Shown one piece after another: positions 36,786 to 49,600 of a stretch of DNA of 64,000 nt. Source of the DNA: a virus. Position numbers and translations under genes: made by a program. The notes under the pieces are model-generated. The model had not been told where the DNA came from and searched no databases. It saw only the letters and a list, made by a program, of their open reading frames with translations. Positions within the stretch are counted from its first letter, which is position 1, and the number at the start of each line of letters is the position of its first letter. Location of the stretch: IMG/VR virus record IMGVR_UViG_3300030102_003270, positions 1-64,000 of that record. One strand, 5' to 3'.

Positions 36786-39554
36786 ATGCCGGGTGTATAT
36801 GTTGGAGATACCAAGTCACTAGTATTTCCAATGTTATGCGATGGATATATCAAACAGGTATATGGCGACCTAAACCTAACCAACCCTATTCAAGAACTAG
36901 GGGTAAGAGGTGGTCTTTGGGGCCAAACTACCCCATTTACATTTGAGGCAATTATAACCCCATACGATGTAAATGGATATGGAACAAAGACAGGAACAGG
37001 TGTTGGGATATCTGACTCTCAGAAAACAAACCCTAGTTTAAGCATAGACGTAACTAGTAATGAAGCAGATTACCAATCTAATTCCTTCTTTACAGACCGA
37101 ACTGCACAAAAAATGCATCTTTTTTACAACAGGAACTTTGAGGTGTATTTAGAAAACACTACTATTTCTACAACAGGGTTGAAAAATAAAACATTTAATA
37201 GACCAGCAGAATATAGAATAGTAGCAAAAATACATCAAGATAATACAACTAAGGTTACTGCAACATCAGATACAATCATAAAACCAAACAATCTTCTACA
37301 TGGTTATTATGATGCTGTTGGTTTCTATGATGGAATAAATACTGAACTAACACAAGTATCAGCAAATGCAATGAACGCACAACCTAGTAAAGTAATCACT
37401 GTATCTAGCAATAGTTTCACAGGAGAGGTTAATGCTCCTGCTGTTGCATCAACAGGAAGTGTAACATTCGATATAAATAATAATGCGCCTTCTTCCTACT
37501 TTCCTGCTACGAGTGCATCAGCAAGCATTACATTCAACAACAACAATTTTGCTGTTGATACCACACCCGTTGCTGGCACAGGAACAATAGAATTTCACAA
37601 TACTCTAGGGGTAGTCACTACCAATGCCTCAAACCGATATATACAGGTGGTGAGTGAAGATGGGAATACAACAACAAGATGGTTTCCGGTTTCTGGACTA
37701 ACCTACAATAATAATGTTGACTTGTCAAATGTAGATAATTTTTCTTCGGGAGATAGGGGTTTTACTGTCACAGACAATTCTAACAATGTTTTCTCTAGAC
37801 AGGCACAGGCTAAACAATTTCATGATGCTGTCAATGCTTGGAACAATGGATGGGCTGGAAGTGTAGCCGTGGGACTGGTTCTAGCAGGACAGGATGATAT
37901 TGTCACATTCACTGCTGCAATAAGAGGAACATCACCAAATAGACTAGGGACCGGAGGAGACTTATCAACAGGTTCGGGCATTGTAGATACTGATGTAGAG
38001 GTCACATCCAATATGAGTGGAGGGGTAGATGAAGTAGTTAGCAACGAATCCATAACGATAAACACAGGTAGTGGTGATAAGAAGTACAGGATATTTAGCA
38101 GTGGTGTTGTGGGTTCTATACAGACATCATCATCAGTGAATTATATCACATTCAGAAAAGGAAATTCCTTAACCAATACTATGGCTTCATTGGTTTCTGC
38201 TATCAATGACCCAACAAATGGCAACACCGAAGTCACTGCATCTGCACTAAGCAACAATGGGGTCACATTGACTGCCAATACTGGTGGAACTAATGGAAAC
38301 AGTTTCACAATAACAACAAGCAACATGTCAACATCAAACACTTCTCCAAATCCTACAATAAGTTCTTTTTCTGGTGGAGTAAACGAAAATATTCCTAATG
38401 AACACATACAACTAACAGATGCAGATGGAACAACAGTCAAGTTTCTAGCCGCACATCCAACCACTAATAGTAATAACTATCCAACAGGCTCTACCATAAC
38501 GCTCAGTGGTATTCAGTATGTCATTTACAGATTACCATCAACAGGCTCCAATAGGGCTAATTTTGCAAACGCAGTAAATAATGCGACCAATCTAGACATA
38601 ACTGCAACCAATGATGGAGTTGATGAAGACAAGGTGAATCTAACTCAAGACAATGGAGGAACAAGTGGAAATACAAGCATTACAGGAGTGAATACCAGCA
38701 ATATAACGGCGGCGAATTTTAGTGGTGGTCTGAACGCTGCAAATCCAACTGATTCTCTTGACATAACGGATGCTGGTGGTGTGTTAAAGAAATACAAACC
38801 GTCAACAAACGCTTCTGGTGAGACTGATACCACTTACGAGTTCTTTCAAATAGGTGCTGATAATAATGCAACTGCTACTAATTTAGCATCAAAGATAACC
38901 AGCGCACACGGAGGAAATATATCAGCAACTCCTTCTAATAACACAGTGACAATAAAAATATTAACAATAGGAAACTCTTATGCGATTTCCAATAACTTGG
39001 ATAATATAGCATTATCAAATAACAACACTACCTTCGATACATCGGGAGTTAGAATAATAACAGTTCAAACAACACAAGCAGATACAATAGGAGCAGGTGA
39101 GAAAATATACGATGTAAATGCTAGGTTGATAGGAACCACTGCTGATGTAAGTGGGAATGATATAACTTTAGATGCAGACCCACTTGTTCCTGTTACATCT
39201 GTAATATATGCTTCTCAACCAAGAGAGGCATTGTATGTAGAATCAACATATAGGATATCTTGCTCATACAACACTAACTCCTTGAGAATATACGTCAATG
39301 GAAATGAAGTTGCATCTCAACCTATAACAACGACAATATTGCCACACGGTTTCTTCTTTGACCCTAGTGATTGTAGGATTGGTCAAGGTGAGACTAGAAC
39401 AGGTTCTTCATACAGTAATGACAAAGCGAATCAGTTTATGGGAGAGATGTTTGAGGTATGTATGCATTCAAGTGGGGAACCAAGCCCAAGAAACAGCACA
39501 CTCTCCGTTGGACTTAGCGATATCATATTCTATTACAGGTTTGGTGATGAGTAA
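36786..39554 (+). CDS. Tail protein: LamG/ConA-like domain interrupted by repeated domains
   Basis: FTFEAIITP at the N-terminus and LRIYVNG...IG...FMGEMFEV...YYRF at the C-terminus; four internal repeats. Confidence 0.7.
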   Translation: MPGVYVGDTKSLVFPMLCDGYIKQVYGDLNLTNPIQELGVRGGLWGQTTPFTFEAIITPYDVNGYGTKTGTGVGISDSQKTNPSLSIDVTSNEADYQSNSFFTDRTAQKMHLFYNRNFEVYLENTTISTTGLKNKTFNRPAEYRIVAKIHQDNTTKVTATSDTIIKPNNLLHGYYDAVGFYDGINTELTQVSANAMNAQPSKVITVSSNSFTGEVNAPAVASTGSVTFDINNNAPSSYFPATSASASITFNNNNFAVDTTPVAGTGTIEFHNTLGVVTTNASNRYIQVVSEDGNTTTRWFPVSGLTYNNNVDLSNVDNFSSGDRGFTVTDNSNNVFSRQAQAKQFHDAVNAWNNGWAGSVAVGLVLAGQDDIVTFTAAIRGTSPNRLGTGGDLSTGSGIVDTDVEVTSNMSGGVDEVVSNESITINTGSGDKKYRIFSSGVVGSIQTSSSVNYITFRKGNSLTNTMASLVSAINDPTNGNTEVTASALSNNGVTLTANTGGTNGNSFTITTSNMSTSNTSPNPTISSFSGGVNENIPNEHIQLTDADGTTVKFLAAHPTTNSNNYPTGSTITLSGIQYVIYRLPSTGSNRANFANAVNNATNLDITATNDGVDEDKVNLTQDNGGTSGNTSITGVNTSNITAANFSGGLNAANPTDSLDITDAGGVLKKYKPSTNASGETDTTYEFFQIGADNNATATNLASKITSAHGGNISATPSNNTVTIKILTIGNSYAISNNLDNIALSNNNTTFDTSGVRIITVQTTQADTIGAGEKIYDVNARLIGTTADVSGNDITLDADPLVPVTSVIYASQPREALYVESTYRISCSYNTNSLRIYVNGNEVASQPITTTILPHGFFFDPSDCRIGQGETRTGSSYSNDKANQFMGEMFEVCMHSSGEPSPRNSTLSVGLSDIIFYYRFGDE

Positions 39555-42500
39555 TGGCTGATAACTATACTTATGTAATCAATCAAACCGAAAACCAATC
39601 CCTCTCTCTAAACCATGTATATGCTAATAGGGATGACCCCTTTCCTAATTCTGCATTTACAGATACATCAGTAAATCCTGTATTGAAGAATCCCGGTCTT
39701 AATACCAATGACCAAGATTCTGCTAACTTCTTTGAGATAAGAAATGCACCAACTAGTGTGGGTTCTAATGATGAGCCAATAATTTCTGGTCATACCAAAA
39801 CCAGACTCGTAAATAGAATAATTCCATCTAGCAATCAGTCAACCTTGGCTAACTATGCTAAGAACAAGCAAGAGACATCATCCTACAAGATTAGAGTGTA
39901 TGACAGAAATGCCAGTATTACTGGTCAATTGTTAGCAGGTTCAACAGGACCGGGAATGGACTTAGAAAGCAAAGACTACTTCGTTCTAATCAACCCAGAA
40001 ATACGTGGCGATGATGGAGCAGTGAAGAACAGACCGCATTTCGCTAAGATAAAGAGACTGACCACATATGATTACTATGGTGATGGTTTTGAGTTTGAAC
40101 CTAGATACCCAACTTCAATACCAAAGGACACAAACTTTGAGATTTACGAGGGTCCGGCAAAGACAGATACTAGTGTGGTAGCAGTATCATATGGATTAAG
40201 AGGTAAAACAGACACCACTTCTGGTAGAACATCCTTATTCGATAAATACGATGTTAGCAGCACAGTAAGTAGACCTACTTGGTATTTCTATGAGGATAGG
40301 CTACAACACAAGAATCAATTGGATTACAACACCAAGTATCAACTTACTACTTGCAGATGGTTTAGTGATTGGGCGGCAAGAGGCGCAATACGCTCTAGCA
40401 CTATCAATACAGTGACTCTATATCAAACAACATACAAAACTGCTGTAAATGCCTCATACAATGGTTGGACTAATGCTGATATCGGAAGAAGTGTATTTTC
40501 TGGCATTGGCGCAGGACTCGTAGAATGGATAGGGAATATTGCTTCCTTTGATAACAGTGCGAATACAATAACATTAGATTATCCAAGAAGAACATTACCC
40601 ACTAATGCAGGTCTATCTAACGTAGACATTTACGTGGGGAGAGACATACAGCAAACGATATTTCTAACCGAACAAGAGTATGGAGTGAATATCACAGACT
40701 TAGGAGACATAAAACACAATGGAATACTAATTGACAACAACAGAAGTGAAGATACAACTAGAGCATCATTTCAAAATATTAGTGGAGGAACGGATGTTGA
40801 TACCGACACAGTATACAATTTTGCCCCAGATAGATGGGGATATGCATTTAGAAATTACAGTAGAAGTTCTGAGGACAAGACTTCTTCTCATCCAGATACA
40901 TTTCCAACAGGCTCGTATAGATTTAATCATGGTAATTTTATAGGACCAAGTAGATACCTATACTACAAATCATCACATCTTAAGAATAACATTGTGGACC
41001 CAATACTAGAATCTTCAGTTAACTTTCCAAGAAACAAAATGAGTCAAATAGCAAGGGCCAAGGTCTTCGACATATCTGGAATACAGCATTTGAAACTCAA
41101 AGAAGACCATTCCTTCGTTGTAAGAACTACATTGCATACATCGTCATTAGGCCAATACAAATTGCCATTCAAGGCAACAAGCATCACAGGAAACAAGATA
41201 AGACTAAGTAAACTTACTGAGAATTTTGATGTGAGAAAAGATGATTTCTTGAAGGTAAACGATTTGATAAGAGTAGAAAATAACTACTACATCATATCTG
41301 CCTTTGATTCTCCTGCTATTGTAAACGAAATGATAGTGCAAGACATAACAGTGAACAAGATAAAGACTGATTCAGAAACAACGTGGGGAAACATTACCAC
41401 TATGCCATCATTTACTGATGTAGACGCATACGTTAGAGCATGGAATGGTGGACTCAAAGGAACATTCCCCCTTGATACAGAAGCAGTGTATGGCGCAAAC
41501 CATTCTTTCCAGCGACTAACAATAAATGGTAATACCATTAGCAAAACAAACGCTTCAATGAACGATAATAAAATAGTATTGTTAAGTCCAGAATTCTCAA
41601 ATCATCAGATAGACATAGACTATGGAGACTCAGTTCATCAACAAATAAAACTCACATCTGAATTTACAGCAAAGAAATATTACCAACCAACGCCAATATC
41701 TATGCTATATTATATATCTGGGAACTATGCTATTGATGAAGAAATATTTAGTGGTTCAGTTGAAGATATAAATTCACAAAACAAGCATGGATTGATTAGT
41801 TATGAAATATTAGGTAGAGATAAACTTTCTAAACTTCTAGGCTCTACTACTAATAAAAACCTAAATCACACTAATGATATTGTATATTCTACATTATTAC
41901 CAATGTTAAACAACAGTGTGAATGTAACAATTGATGGTAACTTAATCGCCACAGGAACAACAACAGAACTGAGAATAACTGATGCCCAATTTGCTTTGGG
42001 TATAGTGCCTAAGCCATTTGATATTCTTATGGATAGCAGTAACAATCTATTAGGTGAAATAAGCGTAGTCGGACCTAGATTTACGGGTACGGGTTATAGG
42101 CAATACCCTATTACACTAAGAAGTCCCAACATATCTGAAACTCAAGTAACTAGCGGGGCTACTGTAAAGTTATACAGGAGAGATGTAGGGTCATATATTT
42201 CGGGAGTCAAAGCACTATTATCAAATCCAACACTCACTACATCACCTACTGATTTCACTTCAATAGGAGATAAGGGTGTAGTTTTCATAGACGGAGAGAG
42301 GATAGCATTCACCGATAACGGGGTTGGCCCTATAACAACCACCATTTCATATTCAGACTTAGCGTATTCTTCTGCAATTGGAGGATATAACAAAGACACT
42401 TCGCTTGGTTTTGACATAATAGATACGGACAACATAGGAGTAAGTGATTCAAAGTTTGCGTTTAAGGCAGGATTAGAAAGTGAAGTTACTAGTGTAATGA

Positions 42501-45500
42501 ATGAGATAAGCACTCTTTCCACTTCTACATACTTCAATGTGTTAGATTCTGTTTCTCAAGACGGCCAAACTATCATTACTCTATCTCCTACCTTCCCAAT
42601 AGTTCTAGGCAGTATAGAAGACAATTCTTCTGACACTACCTTTAGTTCACACAACAGCGATTTGTATATAGTGAATAGAAACATTCCAAGGTCGGGTTTT
42701 ATTCATACTCTCAAAAATGAAAATACAACACAGTATGTGCCAAGAGAGACTTTCAAGTATAATCCAATCCAAGAAATCAGACCGGGTGAACTCAAGGAGA
42801 CTTTTACATCCGTTTTGAACGATGCTAAAATAAATCAGAAGATAATGGGATATTCTTCTGGGTATAGAATAAACGCTGATGGTTCTATCAACGGAACTAA
42901 TTACTCTACTCCTAACAACAATCCCATTATGGGTAGCAATTTCCACGATGAAAACTATACGGGAAACGATAAACTAACACTACTACCAAAACAATTCCCT
43001 AGTTCTAGGTCATCGAAGTTTGTTGGAGTTGACACGATTAGAGACATAGAGCAAAAGGATTTCAGAAGCAAGAGATATGAATTGTTGAGTGTAGGAGATT
43101 TATATCCAGAATCGAAACTTAGATACAACAGCATATTCAACGCAGCCTCTTTCTCTAATTACGGTCTGTTGACAGAAACAAAACCACAGAAAGATGTAAA
43201 CAGCATTTCTCACACTAATTACACAGGAGGCAGTTTTGCATCGTTAATGAATGAGGCTAACTTCAAAACAAACAAGATAAATTCATCTTCGATTCTTCCT
43301 TCAGAAATAAAAAGATTCGGAGTCATGAGATTGGTTGAGGCCACATTTGATTGGCACTTTACCCCGATAGATGCTGAATCTCTAAGTGACATAGATACCA
43401 TGCCTAAGATAAGCCCTCAAATCATGATATATCCAAGATGGAGCAACCCTACTGATTTGACTTTTACATTGTCTTCTGAGAATGCCTTCAATATTACCAC
43501 TAACCAGATTACTTGCAGTGGTTCTACCACAAGAACATTCAAAGAAGGAGATATGATATTCAAGGAATCTGATGGTAGCCTAATCGCTAGAATAAATAGC
43601 GCAACAGACGGCGGGAATGTAACTACCAATAGTTCTGGTGTATTGTCTGGTTCTGGGGTAACTGTATATCAGAACGTATCTGCGGGTACTAATGTATTCA
43701 AAGCGAATGTTAGGATTTGGGACTTATGTGCAGATGATGGATTTGGATTGGATTCTCTAGCGGTAGGTGCCGATTTCAGACATATGGCGGTATATTTAGT
43801 CAAAGGAGACATAGACAAAACTTACTTTCAACACGCTAGGAGACTGAGCGAAGGCGGAAATACTTTCAAATCGCACAATATATTCCTGCCAATCATTCCA
43901 AAAGTATTCGATAACAACGGAGTTGCCCCAAACAACACAGACAATGATGATGTTAGGAGAACTCCTTTCCACGCAGAAGCAGATTGGGGATTGACGGGGG
44001 TTACTAGTTCAGACAAATATTGGCATTATTCTAGAGTGATAAATGCACTTCATACTCAGACATTCCTTTCTAACACTAGTCAAGAACAATACAAAGTGGC
44101 GAGAGGCACACACTTGTATGACAACTGCATAGCCGTATTCAAACACCTTAGAGGCTCGATATCACAGTCACAGGGATTGAGCCAAAGAAGAATAGATACC
44201 ATGTCATGTCTTTTGGAATTAGATACTCAGTCAAATTACAATTCATACAATATTGCTGTATCGCATAACCAACTTGGCGACCCAGATAATAGACAGCAAC
44301 ATAGTAGAAACATGAGGATAGACCAATTAGGAAGCCCAGATGTAGCGTATATCGGGACTAAAACTAAAATTTCCTTGTTTTCGGGAGAAGAAGACTATTC
44401 CAATCCTCCTGTTAGACAACATCACAATGACGCAAATCAAAGTGATGGAGAGATGTATCAAGCCCAGATGATAATCAAACCCACAATAGATACAACGGGA
44501 ATGACAGAAAACAACACGATAGAAATCACAATGGATGCAAACAACAAACACAATTGGATTCACTATGTACCTAATCTAGCAGGGTACTATCTAGTTAGAG
44601 CAGGTAATGGTAGGGACACTTTGAAGATACTATCCCATACAGTGAATGACAGTGGTAATCATGCAGTTCATACTTTGACATTAAATACTAACCTTACAGC
44701 AAGCCAGAGGTATAGATTAATGAGAATATCAGAAACCACATTCGATAGGACTCCGGGTTTCATTGAATTCAACAAGGAGATACATACAGGACTGCAATAT
44801 TCTGATGTTGTCAATAGACTCGATACAGGACAAAAAGCGACAATGGGAGAAAGCACTACCGATTTCGTAGGAGAGGGAATAGTCTCCATGTATGTTCTAT
44901 TAGACGTAGATGATGATTTAGACTCCAACAATAAAAGAGTGGAGAACATAGACTTAGTAGAACAAAGCCTAGAGTTATTTAGTGATGGAGAGGTAATTGA
45001 TTGTTGTATAACAGATGGTAGGACAACGACTAGAAAGAATATCACTGTGAGCAAATCAACTTCCAGTGGTGCAGAAAGCCTTAGATTTGACTATGAAGGA
45101 ACACTTTCTGGAAATGGGGTTGTCTCCTTCGGTAAAACATTCACAATAACAACAAACACAGACTTCCCCAACGGTGTAGAAAGAGCATACATAGGAGCAA
45201 CTATGGCAATAGGTCTAGATGCAGAGAAGGCAATCAATGAGATATTGAATGAGAATGACATAGAAGTGGACGATAATGAGAGAAACATAACCTTCACAGG
45301 GGCTATCGTTGAAAGCACCAGCACAAACACAATCACATTAGAATCAGAAGTATCTACCGATGTAATAGCAAATGGAGATGTTCTATACAATCAAGAGGGT
45401 AAACTCATTGGTATAGTAGCATCGGGTCAAGGAACTACTACGTTAACGATGAGTGATGTTGATTACGATAGTGATAGCACTGTTGATGTATTCTATACTC

Positions 45501-46339
45501 CACAACAATACGAGGAATTAGTCAAATACACAAGAAGGCCGTTTGTAATCAACACAAAGTTCGCTGAGAGTGATGTATTCACAGCAGTAAATTTCCTAGC
45601 ATCTAAGAAAGGACTAGAGTATATTTTCAAGGGAGATAAGATACAGATTAGAGACATTGATGATTATTCATCTAGAAGACTATTCTCCTTGAGATATAGA
45701 GATGGTCAAAATTTGTTAAGTGCAGAAAATAATACTTCTCTGTTTGATAAAGCAAACAAAGTGATAGTGATAGGAGACAACGTAAAAGCAACATCAGAAA
45801 TACCTACTGATAAAAACACAAGAACATTGACTCATGTTGATTCTAACATCAAATATGCTAAAGAGGCACAAATAAAAGCAGAACAACTGCTTGCTTTGCA
45901 CAATACAAAAACAACAAAAGTAACTATTGAGATAGAGCGTAAAGACAAAATGAAATTAATGAAGCCCGGTGATATTATTACATTGAATTTTCCAAACCAT
46001 AACATTCCACCGGATGATTACATTGTTTACGAAATAGAGAACGCTATGTCTTCTATAAGTAAAATAACAGTCGGAACGTTTAATAAGACAATAGCAGAAA
46101 GGCTTGCTGAAATGAATATAGAAAGAAAAGGTGGCTTTTCTACCCTGTTAACGAGGGAAGTTACAGTTGAAGTAACTAGCAAAACAATTCTAGATGAAAT
46201 AGGAATTCGTGAGGTTTCACTTAAAACACAAAGAACAACTCCCACAGGCACACCGATAGGTTGGGGAACCTTAATAGGTTGGACAGAAGTAATGAATGCA
46301 GGGAGTGATGTTGTTACAACGGAGGAAATAGGACTATGA
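39554..46339 (+). CDS. Giant tail tip / hub protein
   Basis: 2261 aa; hub-like IFSGSVEDI...GRD segment and C-terminal ANKVIVIG...KPGDIITLNFP...YIVYEIE. Confidence 0.7.
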   Translation: MADNYTYVINQTENQSLSLNHVYANRDDPFPNSAFTDTSVNPVLKNPGLNTNDQDSANFFEIRNAPTSVGSNDEPIISGHTKTRLVNRIIPSSNQSTLANYAKNKQETSSYKIRVYDRNASITGQLLAGSTGPGMDLESKDYFVLINPEIRGDDGAVKNRPHFAKIKRLTTYDYYGDGFEFEPRYPTSIPKDTNFEIYEGPAKTDTSVVAVSYGLRGKTDTTSGRTSLFDKYDVSSTVSRPTWYFYEDRLQHKNQLDYNTKYQLTTCRWFSDWAARGAIRSSTINTVTLYQTTYKTAVNASYNGWTNADIGRSVFSGIGAGLVEWIGNIASFDNSANTITLDYPRRTLPTNAGLSNVDIYVGRDIQQTIFLTEQEYGVNITDLGDIKHNGILIDNNRSEDTTRASFQNISGGTDVDTDTVYNFAPDRWGYAFRNYSRSSEDKTSSHPDTFPTGSYRFNHGNFIGPSRYLYYKSSHLKNNIVDPILESSVNFPRNKMSQIARAKVFDISGIQHLKLKEDHSFVVRTTLHTSSLGQYKLPFKATSITGNKIRLSKLTENFDVRKDDFLKVNDLIRVENNYYIISAFDSPAIVNEMIVQDITVNKIKTDSETTWGNITTMPSFTDVDAYVRAWNGGLKGTFPLDTEAVYGANHSFQRLTINGNTISKTNASMNDNKIVLLSPEFSNHQIDIDYGDSVHQQIKLTSEFTAKKYYQPTPISMLYYISGNYAIDEEIFSGSVEDINSQNKHGLISYEILGRDKLSKLLGSTTNKNLNHTNDIVYSTLLPMLNNSVNVTIDGNLIATGTTTELRITDAQFALGIVPKPFDILMDSSNNLLGEISVVGPRFTGTGYRQYPITLRSPNISETQVTSGATVKLYRRDVGSYISGVKALLSNPTLTTSPTDFTSIGDKGVVFIDGERIAFTDNGVGPITTTISYSDLAYSSAIGGYNKDTSLGFDIIDTDNIGVSDSKFAFKAGLESEVTSVMNEISTLSTSTYFNVLDSVSQDGQTIITLSPTFPIVLGSIEDNSSDTTFSSHNSDLYIVNRNIPRSGFIHTLKNENTTQYVPRETFKYNPIQEIRPGELKETFTSVLNDAKINQKIMGYSSGYRINADGSINGTNYSTPNNNPIMGSNFHDENYTGNDKLTLLPKQFPSSRSSKFVGVDTIRDIEQKDFRSKRYELLSVGDLYPESKLRYNSIFNAASFSNYGLLTETKPQKDVNSISHTNYTGGSFASLMNEANFKTNKINSSSILPSEIKRFGVMRLVEATFDWHFTPIDAESLSDIDTMPKISPQIMIYPRWSNPTDLTFTLSSENAFNITTNQITCSGSTTRTFKEGDMIFKESDGSLIARINSATDGGNVTTNSSGVLSGSGVTVYQNVSAGTNVFKANVRIWDLCADDGFGLDSLAVGADFRHMAVYLVKGDIDKTYFQHARRLSEGGNTFKSHNIFLPIIPKVFDNNGVAPNNTDNDDVRRTPFHAEADWGLTGVTSSDKYWHYSRVINALHTQTFLSNTSQEQYKVARGTHLYDNCIAVFKHLRGSISQSQGLSQRRIDTMSCLLELDTQSNYNSYNIAVSHNQLGDPDNRQQHSRNMRIDQLGSPDVAYIGTKTKISLFSGEEDYSNPPVRQHHNDANQSDGEMYQAQMIIKPTIDTTGMTENNTIEITMDANNKHNWIHYVPNLAGYYLVRAGNGRDTLKILSHTVNDSGNHAVHTLTLNTNLTASQRYRLMRISETTFDRTPGFIEFNKEIHTGLQYSDVVNRLDTGQKATMGESTTDFVGEGIVSMYVLLDVDDDLDSNNKRVENIDLVEQSLELFSDGEVIDCCITDGRTTTRKNITVSKSTSSGAESLRFDYEGTLSGNGVVSFGKTFTITTNTDFPNGVERAYIGATMAIGLDAEKAINEILNENDIEVDDNERNITFTGAIVESTSTNTITLESEVSTDVIANGDVLYNQEGKLIGIVASGQGTTTLTMSDVDYDSDSTVDVFYTPQQYEELVKYTRRPFVINTKFAESDVFTAVNFLASKKGLEYIFKGDKIQIRDIDDYSSRRLFSLRYRDGQNLLSAENNTSLFDKANKVIVIGDNVKATSEIPTDKNTRTLTHVDSNIKYAKEAQIKAEQLLALHNTKTTKVTIEIERKDKMKLMKPGDIITLNFPNHNIPPDDYIVYEIENAMSSISKITVGTFNKTIAERLAEMNIERKGGFSTLLTREVTVEVTSKTILDEIGIREVSLKTQRTTPTGTPIGWGTLIGWTEVMNAGSDVVTTEEIGL

Positions 46340-46683
46340 TAACTGATGCAGGTAAAAACGCCACAGCCGATTTAATGATTGGAACTAATGGATTCACCCA
46401 TATAGCCGTTGGAGATGGGGGTGATGATACTTCTAGTAGTCAAAATACTTTAGATAATGAAATAATTAGAAAGCCAGCAGATTCTAAAACAGTAGTTGGT
46501 AATACAATAGTCTATACTGTGTCTTTTACAGGTTCAGAACTAGTATCAAATGTAATATCAGAAATGGGAGTTTTTGATGATGCTAATGGAGGTAATATGT
46601 TAAGCCGGGTCAACTTTAAGAGCATAGGACCATTAGCATCAAATGAGACATTGAGTTTCACTTTTAGGGTGGTGATTCCCTAA
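46336..46683 (+). CDS. Small baseplate / fibre-attachment protein
   Basis: MITDAGK...THIAVGDG...EMGVFD...GNMLSR pattern of tail-collar/baseplate proteins. Confidence 0.65.
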   Translation: MITDAGKNATADLMIGTNGFTHIAVGDGGDDTSSSQNTLDNEIIRKPADSKTVVGNTIVYTVSFTGSELVSNVISEMGVFDDANGGNMLSRVNFKSIGPLASNETLSFTFRVVIP

Positions 46684-49600
46684 TGACAGAATTTTCTGGT
46701 TTTATCAGCACCTTGAAAATAGCCCCCTCAACATCAGACCATTTAGAAGACGCTATTGACAATATCCATAGTGGTATCATCAAGGCACTGAATGTTGCAG
46801 ATGCAGGTTCATTCATAGCGCATGGTTTCATGGTGACATCAAACATCAATGGGACATTCAACATAAGTGAAGGAGGTTACTTCGATAAGGGAGAGTACAA
46901 GACTCTAGGAGCGCAGACTAACGCTGACCCCGGAAATGCATTTACAGGAGCCACTGACTATGATTGGTATGGTTTCATTGTAATCAACTCAAGTGGAGCC
47001 ATAGCGTTTAGAGGAGACAGTAGTTTAGGAAATAGTGCTGCTAAGACTGCCGACCTTAATGATGGCGACATACCAATATGCGTAGTTCAGATAGGAAAGG
47101 GAACAACTAATACCAATCTTTCAGCAGCAAGAAAGATACAGTATTTTGGTATAAAGAAAACAAGCAACGTCCTCACAGCAGGTGAGGAAAATAGTGGAGA
47201 CTTCAGAAAGTTATTCGAGGTTAAGACTGATGGAGATATATATTCATATAACGCATCAAACGCTTTCCATACTAAGTTAGCATTTACAAATGCTTCTGGT
47301 TCAAACAAAACTGTAACTGTCCCAAGCATAACAGGGACATTGATTACAACAGGAGATAGTCAAACAGTTTCTACTTCTATGATTGAAGATGGCGCAGTTA
47401 CACTTGCCAAGACATCTGGACTACAAGGCTCACTTACATTTGGCATAGCAAATACCAATGCAGTAAAGGTAGACGGCACAATAACAAATGGAGACTTTGC
47501 CAGATTCACTGGTACAGGATTAGAAGGAAGAAGCATATCAGAAGTAAAGACACAACTAGCGTTGGATAAAGGGGATGTTGGACTAGGTAATGTAGATAAC
47601 AAATCATCTTCCACACTACAAACTGAGATACTAAATGCTGCAACCGCTAGTGATGTAGGACTAGGAAACGTCACTAACGAATCAAAGGCAACGATGTTTA
47701 CATCTCCTACATTTACAGGAACAATATCAATACCTAATATTTCTAACTTAGAAACAGCAGTAGCAGCAAACACAGCAAAGACAGTTAGAACAGACTCGGA
47801 GATAAATGCACTGGCACAGGCTTTGATTGATGACCTAATTGCTGGCGCACCTACCGCTTTGAATACTCTAAACGAATTAGCAGTTGCCATACAATCTAAT
47901 GATTCTGATATTACTGGAATAACTACTGCTTTAGGTAATAGACTAAGAATAGATATCAACAATCAGAACTTGAACGCTACACAATTAACCAACGTTAAAA
48001 CAAACCTATCACTGTCTAAGGCAGACGTTGGCCTTGGTAATGTTGACAATGACTCCACTGCAACAATAAGGGCAGGGACAACAAAGGCAAACGTTGGTCT
48101 TTCTAACGTTTTGAATCAAGCACAAATCACAACATTCGTTTCTGATAATGCTCCTACTGCTACTGCCATTGGTGATTTGTGGATTGACTCGAATGACAAC
48201 AATAAGATGTATAGAGCATCTGCAACAGGTAGCAGTGATTGGGTTGCAGTAACATTAGGCAAAGGTGCTTTGGGACTAGTAAAGGCAGATGTAGGGCTTG
48301 GTAATGTAGACAACATAACAACTGCACAAATGAGAGCAGGTGTTACTCATTCAGATGTAGGGACAACAAAATCAGATATAGGACTAGGCAATGTAGAAAA
48401 TAAATCATCTGCAACTATCAGAGGAGAAATAGAAGTTAGTAACATACCAGACCTACCCACCAGCAAAATAACAACTGGGACTTTTGCTGACGGTCTTATA
48501 TCAAAGAGTTCAGTTATAGCACACTCTCCTTCTGCAACTAAGGGTGACATAGGTGATTTGGGTTCAGATATAGATATCTCTAATGACTTCATGTATGTCT
48601 TTGATAGTTCAGCGAACAATAATATCAAAGGTACTACGATAGATGAAATACTAGGTAAGATAACATCTTCTCAATTAGTAGGAACAGGAAAGGTATTCAG
48701 CACATTACCCGCTAGTGGTGCGGAAGTAAACGTTCAAGCAGACTTCAATGAAACGGATAACACATCAGATGCATTCATACAGAATAAGCCTACAATACCT
48801 AGCGGCAATCAGATTATTGATTGGACTCAAGACCAAGGCTCAACAAACATAAACGCTGGAAACTACATCAACACCAATCAACTAACAACATTCGATATTG
48901 GCGTAGATACTGATAACAATCCTACAACTATTGCTCATGGTGAGACTCTCACCTTTACAGGCGGAACGGGCATCTCAACAACAACTACTGCTGATGGAAC
49001 AATCACAATCACAAACGATAACCCAGACCAAACTGTTTCTCTAACAGGTTCGGGTGCGACTAGTGTAAGTGGCACTTATCCTAACTTTACGATAAGTTCC
49101 ACTGATAACAATACCTTCAGAACAGTATCAGTAGATACAAACGGAGATGGTAGTGCAAATGAGACATTAGGAACTAGTGAGACTCTAACTATCAAGAAAG
49201 GCTCAAACATAACACTAGCAGAAGCAAGTGGGGTAGTGACGATAACAAACGCTGCTCCCCATATTGCAACAAACTTAGGAAGTTCAACCGCTACTAATCA
49301 AATCACCATTACAAGCAGTACAGGAAACAATGTAGTTGTTGGGGAAGCAACTAGTAGTATTGCTGGATTAATGTCAACTACTCATCATGATAAATTGGAC
49401 GGTATTGAAGCATCTGCTGATGTGACAGATACGGATAACGTCACTAACGCAGGTGCTTTGATGGATAGTGAGGTGACTAACCTTGCACAAGTAAAAGCAT
49501 TTGACTCATCTGATTACGCTACTGCTGCTCAAGGAGCAAAGGCTGATTCAGCACAACAACCTCCAAGTGAAGGCGCATTCGCTAATGGCGACAAAACCAA

